Below are positions 1 to 13,600 of a stretch of DNA of 64,000 nucleotides, one piece after another. Position numbers and translations under genes: made by a program. The notes under the pieces were generated by a model. It was given only the letters and a program-made list of their open reading frames with translations, had not been told where the DNA came from and made no database searches. The stretch is from NCBI GenBank assembly GCA_951406725.2, contig OX597815.1, positions 43,710,001-43,774,000 of the forward strand, written 5' to 3'. Origin of the DNA: Octopus vulgaris. Its lineage: Eukaryota. Position 1 is the first letter of the stretch. Each line of letters begins with the position of its first letter.

Positions 1-278
1 ACGTCCTAGTATAATAATCTTTTCATTCATTTCTTCACTCGTTCGTTCTCTCTTTCGTCCTCTTCTCACATTAATTTCAAGCATAATTCATTAGCGTTGT
101 TATTTCTGTACACCAATCCTCTGTTCATTTATTTCGCGTTCTCTCTTTTCTATTTACCTCTGCCTACTTCCTTTCGCGTTTTCATTTCGTGTTTTCTCTC
201 ACCTTTGTTATTTACTTTTTCTCTTGATATTTAAGTTAACAGGACATTAATCTGAATATCAATAATGATGATGATAAT

Positions 279-678
279 TTAAAATTTTGGGAAAAGGCCA
301 ACAGTTTCGGGGATGATATAAGTCGATTACATAACAGCCAGTGTTCAACTGATACTTATTTTTTCGACCGCGAGAGGATAAAAGGCAAAGTCGACCTCGA
401 CGGAATTTGAACTCAGAGCGTAGCAGCAGACGATATACCTATTTCTTTACTACCCACAAGGGGCTAAACACAGAGAGAACAAACAAGGACAGACAAACAG
501 ATTAAGTCGATTATATCGACCCCAGTGTGTAACTGGTACTTAACTCGTATTTAATCGACCCCGAAAGGATGAAAGGCAAAGTCGACCTCGGCGGAATTTG
601 AACTTAGAACGTAGCGGCAGACGAAATACCGCAAAGCATTTCGCCCGGTGTGCTAACGATTCTGCCAGCTCGCCGCCT
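279..678 (-). mobile_element. tRNA-derived SINE family A, composite (complete young copy joined to the 3' part of an older copy)
   Basis: Reverse complement of the head ggcggcgagctggcagaa, B-box-like agttcaaattcc, core cctttcatcctttcggggtcgat and tail ccccttgtgggtagtaaagaaatag; a second core segment at 279-437. Same family recurs more than 15 times in the window. Confidence 0.85.
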
Positions 679-1039
679 AAACAACAACAACAACAACAAG
701 AGCAAAACAATGAAACAAAACTATGTCTTAATGTGAGACATCTCAGGACACTGAAAAATCTTTCTTATATAGAGTATATATATATACAAAAAATAGCTTC
801 TCCTAGATGCACTGCCACAGCACCATATGTATAAAAATGTAAACACTGCAGTATTTCTATACGGAAACTGCAAACATGTGAGTAAAATTTAAAATTTGAA
901 TTTAAAATTTCAGTAACATACACATCCATATTTATACAAGACCTCTATGTATATGTACATTTTTCTTTCTTCCCGGTCTCTCAGTGATGCATCAATAATG
1001 ATTATAACTACGAAAGAAACATCAACACATGTCCATGGG

Positions 1040-2316
1040 CGGTGTTCAGTTAAAAAAGTAAACGCTGTAAAAACGAACCCATAATAAAACCAACCAAAAG
1101 AGAAAGAACGTTGGACAGATAACCATAAATACTATGAAATAGTTCATTTATGATTTACACACACTACTATGCAACACTCCTCCAAAAACATACAGGAATA
1201 AATTCTACCGAGTAGAATAGAAGAGTGGTAACTGAACAAGTTAGGAAACACAAAATGCAAATCTTCCCTTGAAAAAAGATACCTAGTCAAAGAGAAGGAA
1301 TTTGGGACAGTAATAGAAGAGTTGAAACAGCGTATTATAGCAGGAGCAGGCAAGCTCTCCATATATCAGAAAAGAATAGATCAGTATCAACAGAACATAT
1401 TGAGACAGACCAAAGGAGATTTTATAAATAAATAAATAGTCGAGAACGAAGTACTGAAGATGAGAAACCTAATGTAGAAGAAGCTAAAAAGTTCTGGAGT
1501 AATATCTGGGATAAGTCAGTCAATCATAATGGAGATGCAGTATAGTTAAAGAAAGTGAGGGAAGAAATAGTGAGTGAAAATCAGCCAGACTAACTAATGC
1601 ATAAATGAGTAAAGTGTTGGGAAAAATGAACCCAGGGCCAGATTTAATTCAAAGATACTGACTAAAGAAATTTAGTATTCTGCATAGGAGGCTGAGGGAA
1701 GAACTTCAGGATTGCTATAATGAAGGAATAATACTAGAGCGGGGGTGGGGTCAATACTCATTATGAAAGATAAGAGCAAGGTTGATACAGCTAGCAACTA
1801 TAGACCAATTACTCGCTTACCACTAGTGTGGAAGCTGTTGACAGGACTGCTTTCAGAAATCATTTACGAGCACCTTGACAACCAAAATTTACTGTCAATA
1901 ATTCAGTGTGATCACCTGACCAAACATCGGAAACCGGACATTGTTGTGGTGAATAGAAAAGAAAGAACATGCATGATAATCGACATAGCAACAGGATCAA
2001 AAAGAAAGACGAAAAAATAAACAACTATAACGATTTGAAGTGGGAAATAGAGGATTGTGGTCAATGAGGAGAGTAGATGTGATACCAAGAGTAATTGACA
2101 CATTTGGAAGTATCAGCACTCATCTGTCAACATGGCTAAAAAAGAGTGATGCACGTGTGAAGGTTGAACACCTGCAAAAATCAGCATTGCTTGGAACTGC
2201 AAGAATTCTTCGCAGGGTTCTCGAAGTATAACCAGTAAACAAGTGTCACCTTAGACTGCTGGTTATGGACAGCTGACACTTTCCATCATACCCAGCAAAA
2301 TAAGCTGTGAGTTTTC

Positions 2317-2319
<3 letters not shown>
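1040..2319 (+). mobile_element. Decayed, internally deleted R4/Dong-like non-LTR retrotransposon (partial RT + restriction-like endonuclease)
   Basis: Translations give SNYRPITRLPLVWKLLTG (start of RT), RKPDIVV..CMIIDIA (REL PD..D motif) and LQKSALLGTARILRRVL (C-terminus typical of R4/Dong). A short 3' UTR is followed by (TAA)n. Stops and frameshifts throughout; 5' boundary approximate. Confidence 0.85.
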
Positions 2320-2376
<57 letters not shown>

Positions 2377-2395
2377 TGATGATGATGATGATGAT
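2320..2395 (+). repeat. (TAA)n then (TGA)n microsatellite at the 3' end of the Dong-like element
   Basis: Directly visible trinucleotide tract. Confidence 0.95.
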
Positions 2396-2754
2396 AATAT
2401 GTGATTATAGGAGTACTTGTAATGATACAAAAACGGAACTGAAAATTATTTGAGGATGACCCTTGGCTTACCATCTATGGAAGAAGGGCAAAAAATATTT
2501 TTAACTAGTACGTCATACGTATTTAGAAGACCATCGTTTCGTTCACGAGATTGTTTTCCAAAATTGAGGCGAAGACCTTTCTCCATGTGATCGGCTTGAA
2601 AAATTGTTAAATGCTTCCCTACTCTTCGTAACATGAAACCAATGGTAGCCTTAATTCAAAAATAAAGAAATTATATATATTCTTTTATACTTTTATACGT
2701 TTCATCCCTCATGCTGTGGCCATGCTGGGGCATATATACATACATATATATATG

Positions 2755-3099
2755 AGGAAACCCCTTCGGTCATGAATGACCATGGGATTGCACCTAGAAA
2801 GTTACCCTCCGAGGCACATGTTCTAGCAACGTTGTTTATAGAAGGCCTGCAGTCAACCATGCATACCAGTCACACCACTGATGTTATCTCCACACAACTG
2901 ATGTTATCCAAGGGAAAGGCAAAGGCCGATACAGCTTGGCACCAGTGATGTCGCAACTCATTTCTACAGCTGAGTTAACTGGAGCAACATGAAATAAAGT
3001 GTCTTGCTCGAGAACACAACACGCAGCCCAGTCCGGGAATCGAACTCACAACCTCACAATCGTAAGCTCGACGCTCTAACCACTGAGCCATGCGCCTTC
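2755..3099 (-). mobile_element. tRNA-derived SINE family D
   Basis: Minus strand starts gaaggcgcatggctcagtggttagagc (A box) ... gagttcgattcc (B box), then a CORE-like ttctcgagcaagacact. Related heads at about 4250-4535 (+), 30365-30665 (-) and 31397-31615 (+). Confidence 0.75.
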
Positions 3100-3117
3100 A
3101 CACACACACGCACACAT

Positions 3118-3154
<37 letters not shown>

Positions 3155-3896
3155 ATTTGATATACTCGGTATTTAGAAATACATTTCTAATAATTTCATG
3201 ATATAGAGACAATAATTCGGAAACTCTATATAAGATGGCATGTATTTCCAAGCGGTTTTTCAGGCCCAGTGCATACCGTTAGTCCTGTTTGAAAACCAGG
3301 ACGCTGGTATGTGAGAAAACATGAAGAAAGAACCGGAGGTAAAACGAGAACTTTGATGTAAAGTATGAAACGTGAAGAAAGAAGAGAAACATTAGAAAAC
3401 TAAGACCTGTGTTTCCTTTGTCTGTAGAAACCATACTTAATCTAGCTGTAACAGAATAATTCAACGGGGAGGAGGTCAAAGTTTGTGAGATAGCTACTCA
3501 ATCCGGAGAGACCTCACACTTTTTTGCATCAAGCTTCTTGTTTTCTTTTCTCATTGGTCAGCATCCTGGTTTTCAAATAGGCTGCTGCTCTATGAGAAAA
3601 CATCAGAAAAAAAAAATCTAGAAGAAAAACAATACAGGTGATGCAAAAAGTGCATGGACAAATTTTAAATAATGATATGCACTGAGCTTGAAGGATTTCT
3701 TGGAGGTACAAGGCATGTTATATAAATCTGCCAAATTATAGTGTCTTTATAGTATGAAACTATTTGTAGCTCTTTTCTTAATACCATGTGAATTAAATGA
3801 CATCTATCTCTCACTGTTGAGCTTACCTATAACGGAACAGTAAACTATATGTATATACATAAACTATATGTATATAAACTATATGTATATACATAA

Positions 3897-4128
3897 AGGC
3901 GGCGAGCTGGCAGAAACGTTAGCACACCGGGCGAAATGCGTTGCCGTATTTCGTCTGCTGTTACGTTCTGAGTTCAAATTCCGCCGAGGTCGACTTTACC
4001 TTTCATCCTTTCGGGGTCGATAAATTAAGTACCAGTTACGCACTGGGGTCGATGTAATCGACTTAATCCCTTTGTCTGTCCTTGTTTATCCCCTCTATGT
4101 TTAGCCCCTTGTGGGCAATAAAGAAATA
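3897..4128 (+). mobile_element. SINE family A, full-length copy
   Basis: aggcggcgagctggcagaaacgttagc...gagttcaaattcc...ccccttgtgggcaataaagaaata; near-identical to the copies at 4548-4780, 9146-9377, 20885-21117 and 28146-28379. Confidence 0.9.
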
Positions 4129-4547
4129 CATATGTATATACATGTGTGTGTGCGCGCGCATGTGTGTTTGTGTGCATGTGTGTATGTGGGTGCATGTGCG
4201 TGTGCGTCTGTGTGTGTATGTGTATTTGCGTGTGTGTTTGTTTATGTATGCAGGCGTATGTTCAAGTGGTTAGGGGCACTGCACTCACGATCCTGAGATC
4301 GTGATTTCGATTCCCAGACCGGCTGCACTTTATATTCTCGAGCAAATCACTTCATTTCAACTTGCACCAGTCCACTTAGCTGTAAACGAGTAACCCTGCG
4401 ACAGAATAGCCTTTCGATCAGGAGGAATATTGGCTTGCTCATCTAGCTAGTGGGATGGCATCATTCGAAAGCTACAACGATGTGAAGCGTATTGTGACCA
4501 GCGATGTATAACAACATCCGATAGTCTGGTTCATAAAGTAATGGTAA

Positions 4548-4780
4548 AGGCGGCGAGCTGGCAGAAACGTTAGCACGCCGGGCGAAATGCTTAGCAGTAT
4601 TTCGTCTGTATTTACGTTCTGAGTTCAAATTCCGCCGAGGCCGACTTTGCCTTCCATCCTTTCGGGGTCGATAAATTAAGTACCAGTTATTCACTGGGGT
4701 CGATATAATCGACTTTATCCGTTTGTCTGTCCTTGTTTGTCCTCTCTGTGTTTAGCCCCTTGTGGGTAGTAAAGAAATAG
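4548..4780 (+). mobile_element. SINE family A, full-length copy
   Basis: Same head, core and tail as 3897-4128. Confidence 0.9.
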
Positions 4781-5269
4781 GTAGCTGGCAAATTAAAATG
4801 TATGTACAACTTTTAGTCAAAATATAGATATCAGATTTGGATCATTAAATCAATAATAATCACTTCAACTAAAGAATTTGGTCAAACGTTTAGCTGCTAA
4901 TTTCTTCTCGTGAATGAGAAACTTTTCATTTATATTCAAGTTTCGCAAAACATATATCTCACATACAAAATACTAGCTAGACAAAAATTATATTTAGTTG
5001 TTAGACAGTTTTGTTCGGGCCAGCAGAGTATATAATTAATTTCCTCAATATGTATAAAGTTTGTTTTAAAATTCTACATGTAAGGAGAAACGAATGAGTT
5101 GACAAAAATATGCTAGCAATCACAACTGAAAAATACATAAAACCACAATCAATAATAATAATAAAGGGTAAGATTAATTAATTACCTAATTAATAATTAA
5201 TAATTTAACCTAGTAGTTCGGTATGTTAAAAGAAGCATTTTCGGTAAACTTAAACAATTTTTTTTTATA

Positions 5270-5451
5270 ATTATGAGTATAATTATAATTAGGGTTCAGC
5301 AAAAAATTTGCTTCACCACATACCGACATTTAGAAATAGCAGTTAAAACTAGCTATGGTAGAGAAATAGCTGGTCTTAACTGCTATTTCTAAATTTCGGT
5401 ATGTGGTGAAGCAAATCTTTGGCGAACCCTAACTATAATTATACTCATAAT
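5270..5451. repeat. Long imperfect inverted repeat (arms about 87 bp, 9-nt loop)
   Basis: attatgagtataattat..agggttc..atttgcttcaccacataccga..tttagaaatagcagttaa..agctat (5270-5356) is mirrored by 5366-5451. Confidence 0.9.
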
Positions 5452-5552
5452 AATAAAAGTTTTGTTTATAACCACAATCATCTAAACTTATGTATATATA
5501 TATATATATATATATAACAAAGTAGAGTTGTAAGGTACCGCACGATTGGAAT

Positions 5553-5702
5553 TATATACGAAAGAAGGTTTGAAAATGCAATTTTAACAACCTTTAATCG
5601 ATTTTCAAACCTTATTGGGTTCTTAGACGCCTCTGAGAAGAACCCAATAAGGTTTGAAAATCGATTAAGGTTGTTAAAATTGCATTTTCAAACCTTCTTT
5701 CG

Positions 5703-5708
<6 letters not shown>
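5553..5708. repeat. Near-perfect palindrome (arms about 72 bp, 13-nt loop)
   Basis: 5553-5624 is the reverse complement of 5638-5708 with one single-base indel; loop agacgcctctgag. Confidence 0.95.
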
Positions 5709-5746
<38 letters not shown>

Positions 5747-6784
5747 TATATATATATATATATATACGTACGTATGTATGTATGTATGTATGTATGTATG
5801 TATGTATGTATGTATGTGTGTGTGTGTGTGTGTAAACGCATACACAATATACAACTAAATATACGACCCTCCACAATGATAAAATATACGACGAGTAAAT
5901 GAAGTAACAAGTAAAGACATCTATAACCCCCCCTCTAAATAGAAATAGACAACAGTAACAACATCGTCAATTGTGAAATTTAAAGCTATGTACACAGATG
6001 TACATGCAAGTTAGTGCTTGTTGAGTCTGTATGTTATCTATAACCATGCGTTATCTGATGATAGACCCCAAACAAATCTACGCCTAGAAACATGATGTCC
6101 ATATCACAGTACAAAGATTGATAAAGGAAGATAACGATTAATGGGAAAAGAAAAGAAAAATATTGTTCCACTACATTATCACATTATGAATTTGACAGTA
6201 TTATTTCCAATATTCCCATAGTCAGGTGTAGATAAAAACTAAACCAAAAATATCTACTTGAGCTTTGTATTTTTGTTCAAATACATAATTTTATCACACA
6301 CATACCCCTACCATATTTTTTTTTTTTTTTTTTTTTGGGAAAAAAATATCTTTGTTCTGATGCTTGGCAAAATATTTAGGAGGGAGGGAAAGACTATTGT
6401 TACTGAAAACAAAGTTAGAGATTAGAAGCAGTGTCGTTACGGCAGGGTGCAGGTCATGGCGTATGGTGGAACCAGATGTTTCTTAGGATTCGACAACTAA
6501 TTGGCTATAGGATCCTGTGGGTAATTTTATCTGTTAATGTAATTGGTCTGGCTTACACGCCATTTGATACATCTCAACTGTAGTATCTGTCTATGGACCC
6601 ATGTTGTAAAGTTCAGTTAATCCCTTCATCAATCACAAGGATCCGCATGCCTGGCGTGGTGCTTAATTCTTATTATCACTCTGAAGGCCTAGCTTTTTAA
6701 AACCTTTTTTATTGCTCATGTTATTGTTATTGTTGTTGTCGTTTCTAATGGGAAACGTTACAAGAGCCTAAATAATAATCCCCA

Positions 6785-6925
6785 AGAATATACATAGCAC
6801 TCAGAAAATAACACTGCAAGATATTGTACACGTCTTACGTTGCGCACATTCATAACAGTAAAAATAACATCAAAAAAAACCACAGCTCGTACCTTAGGCG
6901 CACAGAGATGCAGAGAAAGCATCTA
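6785..6925 (+). mobile_element. 3' end relic of a second R4/Dong-like LINE family
   Basis: Translates to QKITLQDIVHVLR, resembling the QKxxLLGTAxILR terminus; a similar relic IQKIAS lies at about 780-820. Confidence 0.4.
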
Positions 6926-6939
6926 CTATAGACATAAGT

Positions 6940-7243
6940 GGAGGCACATGGCCTAGTGGTTAGAGCAGCAGACTCGCGGTCGAGGGATCGCGGGTTCGAA
7001 TCTCAGACCGGGTGATGTTTGTGTTTATGAGCGAAACACCTAAGCTCCCCGCAGCTCCGGCAGAAAGTAATGGCAAACTTCTGCTGACTCTTTCGCCACA
7101 ATTTTCTCTCACCCTTTCCTCCTGCATCTTGCTGCTCACCTGCGATGGACCGGTGTCCCATCCAGGTGGGGAACTTATACGGCAAGAAAACCGGGAAACC
7201 GGCCCTTATGAGCCAGGCATGGCTCGAGAAGGAACAAACAACG
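6940..7243 (+). mobile_element. tRNA-derived SINE family C, full length
   Basis: A box tggcctagtgg, B box ggttcgaatct, anticodon-like arm gactcgcggtc, short aac-rich tail, flanked by gacataag/gacacaag (possible TSD). Partial relative at about 43100-43257 (-). Confidence 0.8.
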
Positions 7244-7678
7244 ACACAAGACCTCAAATTTTGGGAGGTCTAGTTGATTACATCGACCTCAATGCTTGGC
7301 TGATACCCAATTCATCCACCCTAAAGGGACGAAAGGCAAAGTCGACCTCGGCGACATATGAACTTAGAACGTAAATAGCCGGAAGAAATGCATCTAATTA
7401 TTTTGTCCGGTGAGCAAACGATTCTGTCAGATCACTGCCTTCAATAGTAATAATATTTTCTACTAATGGGCACAAGGTCTGAAATTATGGGGCAGGGAAA
7501 TAGTCGATTACATAAACCCCAGAGTTTCACTGGTACTTAATCTATCGACCCCGAAAGGATGAAAGGCAAAGTCGACCTCGGCGGAATTTGAACTCAGAAC
7601 GTAAAGACGGACGAAATGCCACTAAGCATTTTGCCCGGCGTGCTGACATTTCAGCCAACTGGCCTTCAATACTAATAA

Positions 7679-7712
<34 letters not shown>

Positions 7713-7749
7713 TTATTACTATATTATATATATATACTATATTATATTA

Positions 7750-7820
<71 letters not shown>

Positions 7821-8301
7821 CTAACTGAGAATCAGATTAGTCTCTTAACCTTTCGCAGTCAGAAACCAAGATACCCGCCCAGTGCTAGTGCAACTCTCTG
7901 TCTGTTTGTCTGTCTGTCTCTCTCCCTCTCTCTCCCTTTCCTTCTGTTTGTCTGTCTGCCTCTCTTTCTCTCTCTCCATCCACACTCCCCCTCTCCGCTT
8001 TCTCTCTCCCTAGTTGTTTTATTCTGGATCTTCCTTTAGGTCAAGGATTTGATGGCCGAGATCTCCATGTCAGCTCGCAGTTACATAAGTAGTTAAAGCA
8101 ATTAATGAAAACATGTCAACGAGGTATTCTTGATTGCAAGTTATGTTCATAGAAATTAGATGAATAATATTTCCGTAATTTTCGGTTGTAATTAGATGAA
8201 TAATTCGTAATTATAACAAAATGGCTTCTTTCGTGCAAAATAGTTAGTGAGAGTTCAATAAGGGTTTCTTTTAAAAATCAGTTTTAGGTCAATGATATAC
8301 A

Positions 8302-8513
8302 CTTTTACTTGTTTCAGTCATTTGACTGTGGCCATGCTGGAGCACCGCCTTTAGTCGAGCAAATCGACCTCAGGACTTATTCTTTGTAATCCTAGTACTT
8401 ATTCTATCGGTCTCTTTTGCCGAACCGCTACGTTAAGGGGACGTAAACACACCAGCATCGGTTGTCAAGCGATGTTGGGGGGGACAAACACAGACACACA
8501 AACATACACACAC

Positions 8514-8556
<43 letters not shown>

Positions 8557-8710
8557 CGACGGGCTTCTTTCAGTTTCCGTCTACCAAATCCACTCACAAG
8601 GCTTTGGTCGGCCCGAGGCTATAGTAGAAGACACTCGCCCAATGTGCCACGCAAGGGACTGAACCCGGAACCATGTGGTTGGTAACTTACCACAACCACT
8701 CCTACGCCTA
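8302..8710 (-). mobile_element. SINE family B (tRNA head, CORE-like domain, internal microsatellite)
   Basis: Reverse complement of the family typified by 44682-45085. Confidence 0.9.
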
Positions 8711-9145
8711 CGACATCATAAATTTAAAAAGAATACTACTAAATACTATGAGACACAGGAAATACAAATTATGCATTCATTTCAATATGTTGCACGGTTT
8801 TGGTTGCAAATGTCTTTTTCGTAGTAGCTTAATTTTTCTTTTATAAGTGCAATTTTAGTGTATAAGCTTTGAATGAATTTGGGTATTTCGCAAAGAATCC
8901 TTACTGATCCAGGTACATTGCAGAATAACGCATGGACAAATAAAATATCCGTGTCCGATGTTCTTTCGCAGTAAAGTAAGGCGGAGTCGAAACAAAAAAA
9001 TGTCGTAGAAATGCTGAAAGCTTAATAGCGGGACGGTGGATGCGAAGAGAAACACAGACTGTTGAGAAGGAATAACAGTAAGAGGTAAGAATCGTTCTAA
9101 ACTATGTTGCTAGTTTTCCTTTCCTTCCTCACTCAGTCTTAATGT

Positions 9146-9377
9146 TATTCCTTTATTGCCCACAAAGAGTTAAACATAGAGGGGACAAACAAGGACAGAC
9201 AAAGGGATTAAGTCGATTGCATCGACCCCAGTGCGTGACTGGTACTTAATTTATCGACCACGAAAGGATGAAATGCAAAGTCGACCTAGGCGGAATTTGA
9301 ACTCAGAACATAGCGGTAGATGAAATACTGCCAAGCATTTCGCCCGGCGTGCTACCGATTCTGTCAGCACGCCGCCC
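9146..9377 (-). mobile_element. SINE family A copy
   Basis: Reverse complement of the 3897-4128 type sequence. Confidence 0.85.
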
Positions 9378-11097
9378 TACTTAATGTTATGCCTCAGTCT
9401 TAATGCTATGCTTTCTATCCCATTGTCTCTGTGTTTCTCATCTAGTCTTTTAGTCGTTTGTCCTTATCTTTTTAGCTATTCGTGCTCTTTTGATGTTTAC
9501 CTGCCTCTCTCCAGTTTCCTCTCAGTCTCATGCTCTTCCACTCTCTTTCTCTTCCCCACGCATCCTCACTCACTCACCTGCCATCCTTCTATACCACGAC
9601 CATCTATTCTTGTCAGGCGGCAACCTACAGCCTGCAGTTCTTTCCGAATGGCATGTCTAACGAAAAATTACATCAAAAGTTTAAATAGTGCGGCCCACCT
9701 GATGATGATCCCTGACACATGCAGTCCGCTTCTCGAAAAATATTACCCATTCTATTCTAACGACAATACCTATTTTCTGTCTTCTCATTTCGTCTACCCA
9801 CCGTACTGCGTCCGGCATCCTTCACCGAGAAGAATCTAGTCCAGAGAGACAACAGAGAGACAAATGCCATTTAGTAAGGGAGATAGGGAAGGTGAAAAGG
9901 GAGAGTGAAGTATAGTATCAGAATAAAACAGGCGACGCTAAGCTAAGAGAAGTTAAGAGAAGTTAGTATAAATGAAAGCACATGACAGAACAAAATGAAC
10001 AATTAAAAGAAAATAACAAGTGAGAAATGAAAATGATAAATTAAAAAACGAAATACACTACTAGCACATTATACTTATTTATTCTTATTTGCTCGTTTCA
10101 GTCATTTGACTGCGGTCATCCTGCATAAGGTGGGATGGGATAGCACTCCATCTATGAAATCCTCACATCTCCCTTCCTCATTACCCTTTGCCCTTACCAC
10201 TTTACATCTCTCTCCCGCTAATCCCCTCACACTGCATTCCCCTTCACTTATTCCACTCCTCACCCTATTCTTTATTCTCCACCTATTCTTTATTCTTTTA
10301 TTCTTTTACTTTTATCAAACTGCGACAATGCTGGAGCACCGCCTTAAAGGGTTTTAGACGAAGAAATCAACGCCAGGACTTATTCTTTGTAAGCCTAGTA
10401 CTTATTCTATGGGCTTCTTTTGCCGAACCACTAAGTTACGGGGATACAAACACACCAGTTATAACTACCCAAATTGTGATATTAGTTATGTAATAACATG
10501 AAATTAGTTACCAGATAGTAAGAATTCAAATAAAGTAGCCCCGAAAAGAGTATGAAGAACATAGAAGGAAATACTAATAAGGTATGTATACTAAAAGCGT
10601 GAAGCATGTTACGTAATAACAGGCTAATCACACATGAGATAATAACAATTCAAAGTAAATAACTCTGGAAAGGGTTTTTGTGCATTCCCAGAGTGTATTA
10701 CCCTCAGGGGCGCTAGTGTTTGGATATTCGTGAATAAGTCACTAACCGAAATAGGTGGAGCAATTGTTTAGGAAAATACTATTTACTTCTTTAATGGTTG
10801 TACTGGATAAGTTGAGAAAATAACAAACAGTTCAAATACTAAGAAATAAGCATACTCAATTTTATTTTAATACCGAAAAATTTAGGAAAATGAATGGGTT
10901 ATTTCCCTTGGTTATATATAAGGATCCCTTCCAAGGGTCCTTTTATCGATTATTTTCAACAATCTGAGTATGCCATGAGGTTTCCAGACATGATTTCTAC
11001 TCACGTGTCACGTTTCATCAAAATCGATAAAACGATGTAGGAGGAATTAGCTAACTCCACAAACACACCCACAAACAGAATTTCCCACAAATGTAGT

Positions 11098-11276
<179 letters not shown>

Positions 11277-11478
11277 CATGGAGGTGTTTGGGTGTGTGAG
11301 TGTAATATAAATCCAATATAGGTAGAATTTACCGAAATATACTCGATATATATATATTTGTGTGTGTGTCTGCGTGTGTGTGTGTGTGTGTGTATGTATA
11401 TGTATGTATGTATATGTATGTGTATGTGTGTGTACATGCTCAAACGTATTTAACTGCATATATACATATAGGATAGAC

Positions 11479-11532
<54 letters not shown>

Positions 11533-11629
11533 ATAGATATATAGATATTTCCTCCTATGCATATACATTTGTGTAGATATACAAACATCCTGATGCTTGT
11601 GAGTAGGTATGTACATATATGCGTTTGGT

Positions 11630-11665
<36 letters not shown>

Positions 11666-12284
11666 TGTGTGTATGTGAGTGTGTGTGTGTGTGTGTGTAT
11701 AAGTGTGCGGAAGCGCATGCATAAGCGTGTTCTGTAAATAATTACATAATGACATGAATCTAAAATAAAGGCATCACTTGGACAAGTATTCAGGACATGT
11801 GACATTCCTGGTATGTAAATAGCAATAAACATATTATGTACAACTAGGACAAATATAATACGATTATAAATGTCTTTTTTTTGTTTTGTTTTTTGTTCTA
11901 CGTTTTTTTTTCTTTTTCCTTATATTTGGAAGACTGTCTTGCTGTGCTCACTTATCTCTATACCATATATCCACTACGAAATTAATTAACACATTCAGAT
12001 CACATATGGTAATGACCCTGAAATGTTTAAGGCATAGAAATATGAAATAGTTATGATAACTAATAACCGAAACTGGGCCACAAAAAAACGCTTGTTCAAG
12101 AGTTTTTCTTTTTATTCATAAAGCATACGATTATATTCAGGAAATTATTTACATATGTGTGCCACACTCGCCTATCTATCTAGCTGTCTGTATCACTCTA
12201 TGTGTGTTTGTGTGTGTTTATGTATGTTATTATGTGTGCATACGTGGGCGTATGTGTATATATACATACATATATATATATATA

Positions 12285-12648
12285 TCTTTTACTCTTTTAC
12301 TCTTTTACTTGTTTCAGTCATTTGACTGCGGTCATGCTGGAGCACCGCCTTTAATCGAACAACTCGACCCCGGGACTTATTCTTTTGTAAGCCCAGTACT
12401 TATTCTATCGGTCTCTTTTGCCGAACCGCTCAGTAACGGGGACATAAACATACCGGCATCGGTTGTCAAGCAATGCTAGGGGGACAAACACAGACACACA
12501 AACACACACAAGCATACCAAATCCACTCACAAGGCTTTGGTCGGCCCGAGGCTATAGTAGAGAACACTTGCCCAAGGTGCCACGCAGTGGGACTGAACCC
12601 AGAACCATGTGGTTGGTAAACAAGCTACTTACCACACAGCCACTGCTG

Positions 12649-12650
<2 letters not shown>
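12285..12650 (-). mobile_element. SINE family B copy
   Basis: Same tail (cttttact)n, body and head as 44682-45085 in reverse, with a short internal deletion. Confidence 0.85.
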
Positions 12651-12729
<79 letters not shown>

Positions 12730-12799
12730 GAGAAAGAAAGAAAATGGAAAGTTTGAACACAGAAAAAATCAATTTATTTATATAATAGTCAATTTTATA

Positions 12800-12892
12800 T
12801 CGTCTACGTACGTTTCAATTTCTTACCTTCGTTCATATTTTACAATTAAGATTGCATTATGCATTTAAAATGTAAAAAATCTCTTCAGAGCA
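12800..12892 (-). ncRNA. Type I hammerhead ribozyme motif, long stem II, weak stem I
   Basis: Minus strand: CUGAAGA - gauuuuuuac...guaagaaauu (10 bp including 2 G.U) - GAA ACGUACGU A; palindromic stem III and GUA site. Stem I pairs poorly. Confidence 0.6.
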
Positions 12893-13296
12893 AAAAATTG
12901 ACAAATATTCATTCACATCCTAATGGACGGTGAGTTGCTTACCGACTTGAAGTAGTAGTATGCGCGCACACGCATGTGTGGCTTTTGAATTCCTTTCTAA
13001 AAATTACTTGAGGTTAAACTACGACTTCAGTGGACAATGGCTAGTTGCAGACCTGAGGAACTAGGTCATACTAAGTCATTCATCCTTAATGGAATTTAGA
13101 TCGGCTTTTTATTGAGGCTAGCTGCCATTCGTTTCTCTACTCACTCGTGAAAAAATATAAAATAAAGTATATATATTTGTATGTATGTATCCAAATCAAA
13201 ATATTTATTTAACTTCTGCTTATTTGATTATGAGAATTTCACTACATCCCAGTGAAAAAGCAACCTCTTTCCATTAGAAACTTCATAAACACTCGT

Positions 13297-13375
<79 letters not shown>

Positions 13376-13432
13376 AGAGAGAAACGAGAGAGAGAGAAAG
13401 ATACAGACAAGGATACAGGCAGACAGACAGAC

Positions 13433-13473
<41 letters not shown>

Positions 13474-13517
13474 GGCAAGGCAGACAGACAGACAGACAGA
13501 CAGATAGACAGACAGAC

Positions 13518-13600
<83 letters not shown>

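Noticed and set aside
6470-6635. Minus-strand uugaugaa-gggauu...aauccu-aagaaac
   Set aside because: Possible old long-stem HHR, but the core, stem III and stem I are all disrupted
6940-7012. tRNA-like sequence
   Set aside because: Continues into a SINE body and lacks a proper acceptor stem; a SINE head rather than a tRNA gene
9695-9750. ctgatga...gaaa
   Set aside because: No convincing stem II or stem I
10595-10715. Minus-strand cugagg-guaaua...uauuac-guaac with an internal hairpin
   Set aside because: Too many core changes to call an HHR
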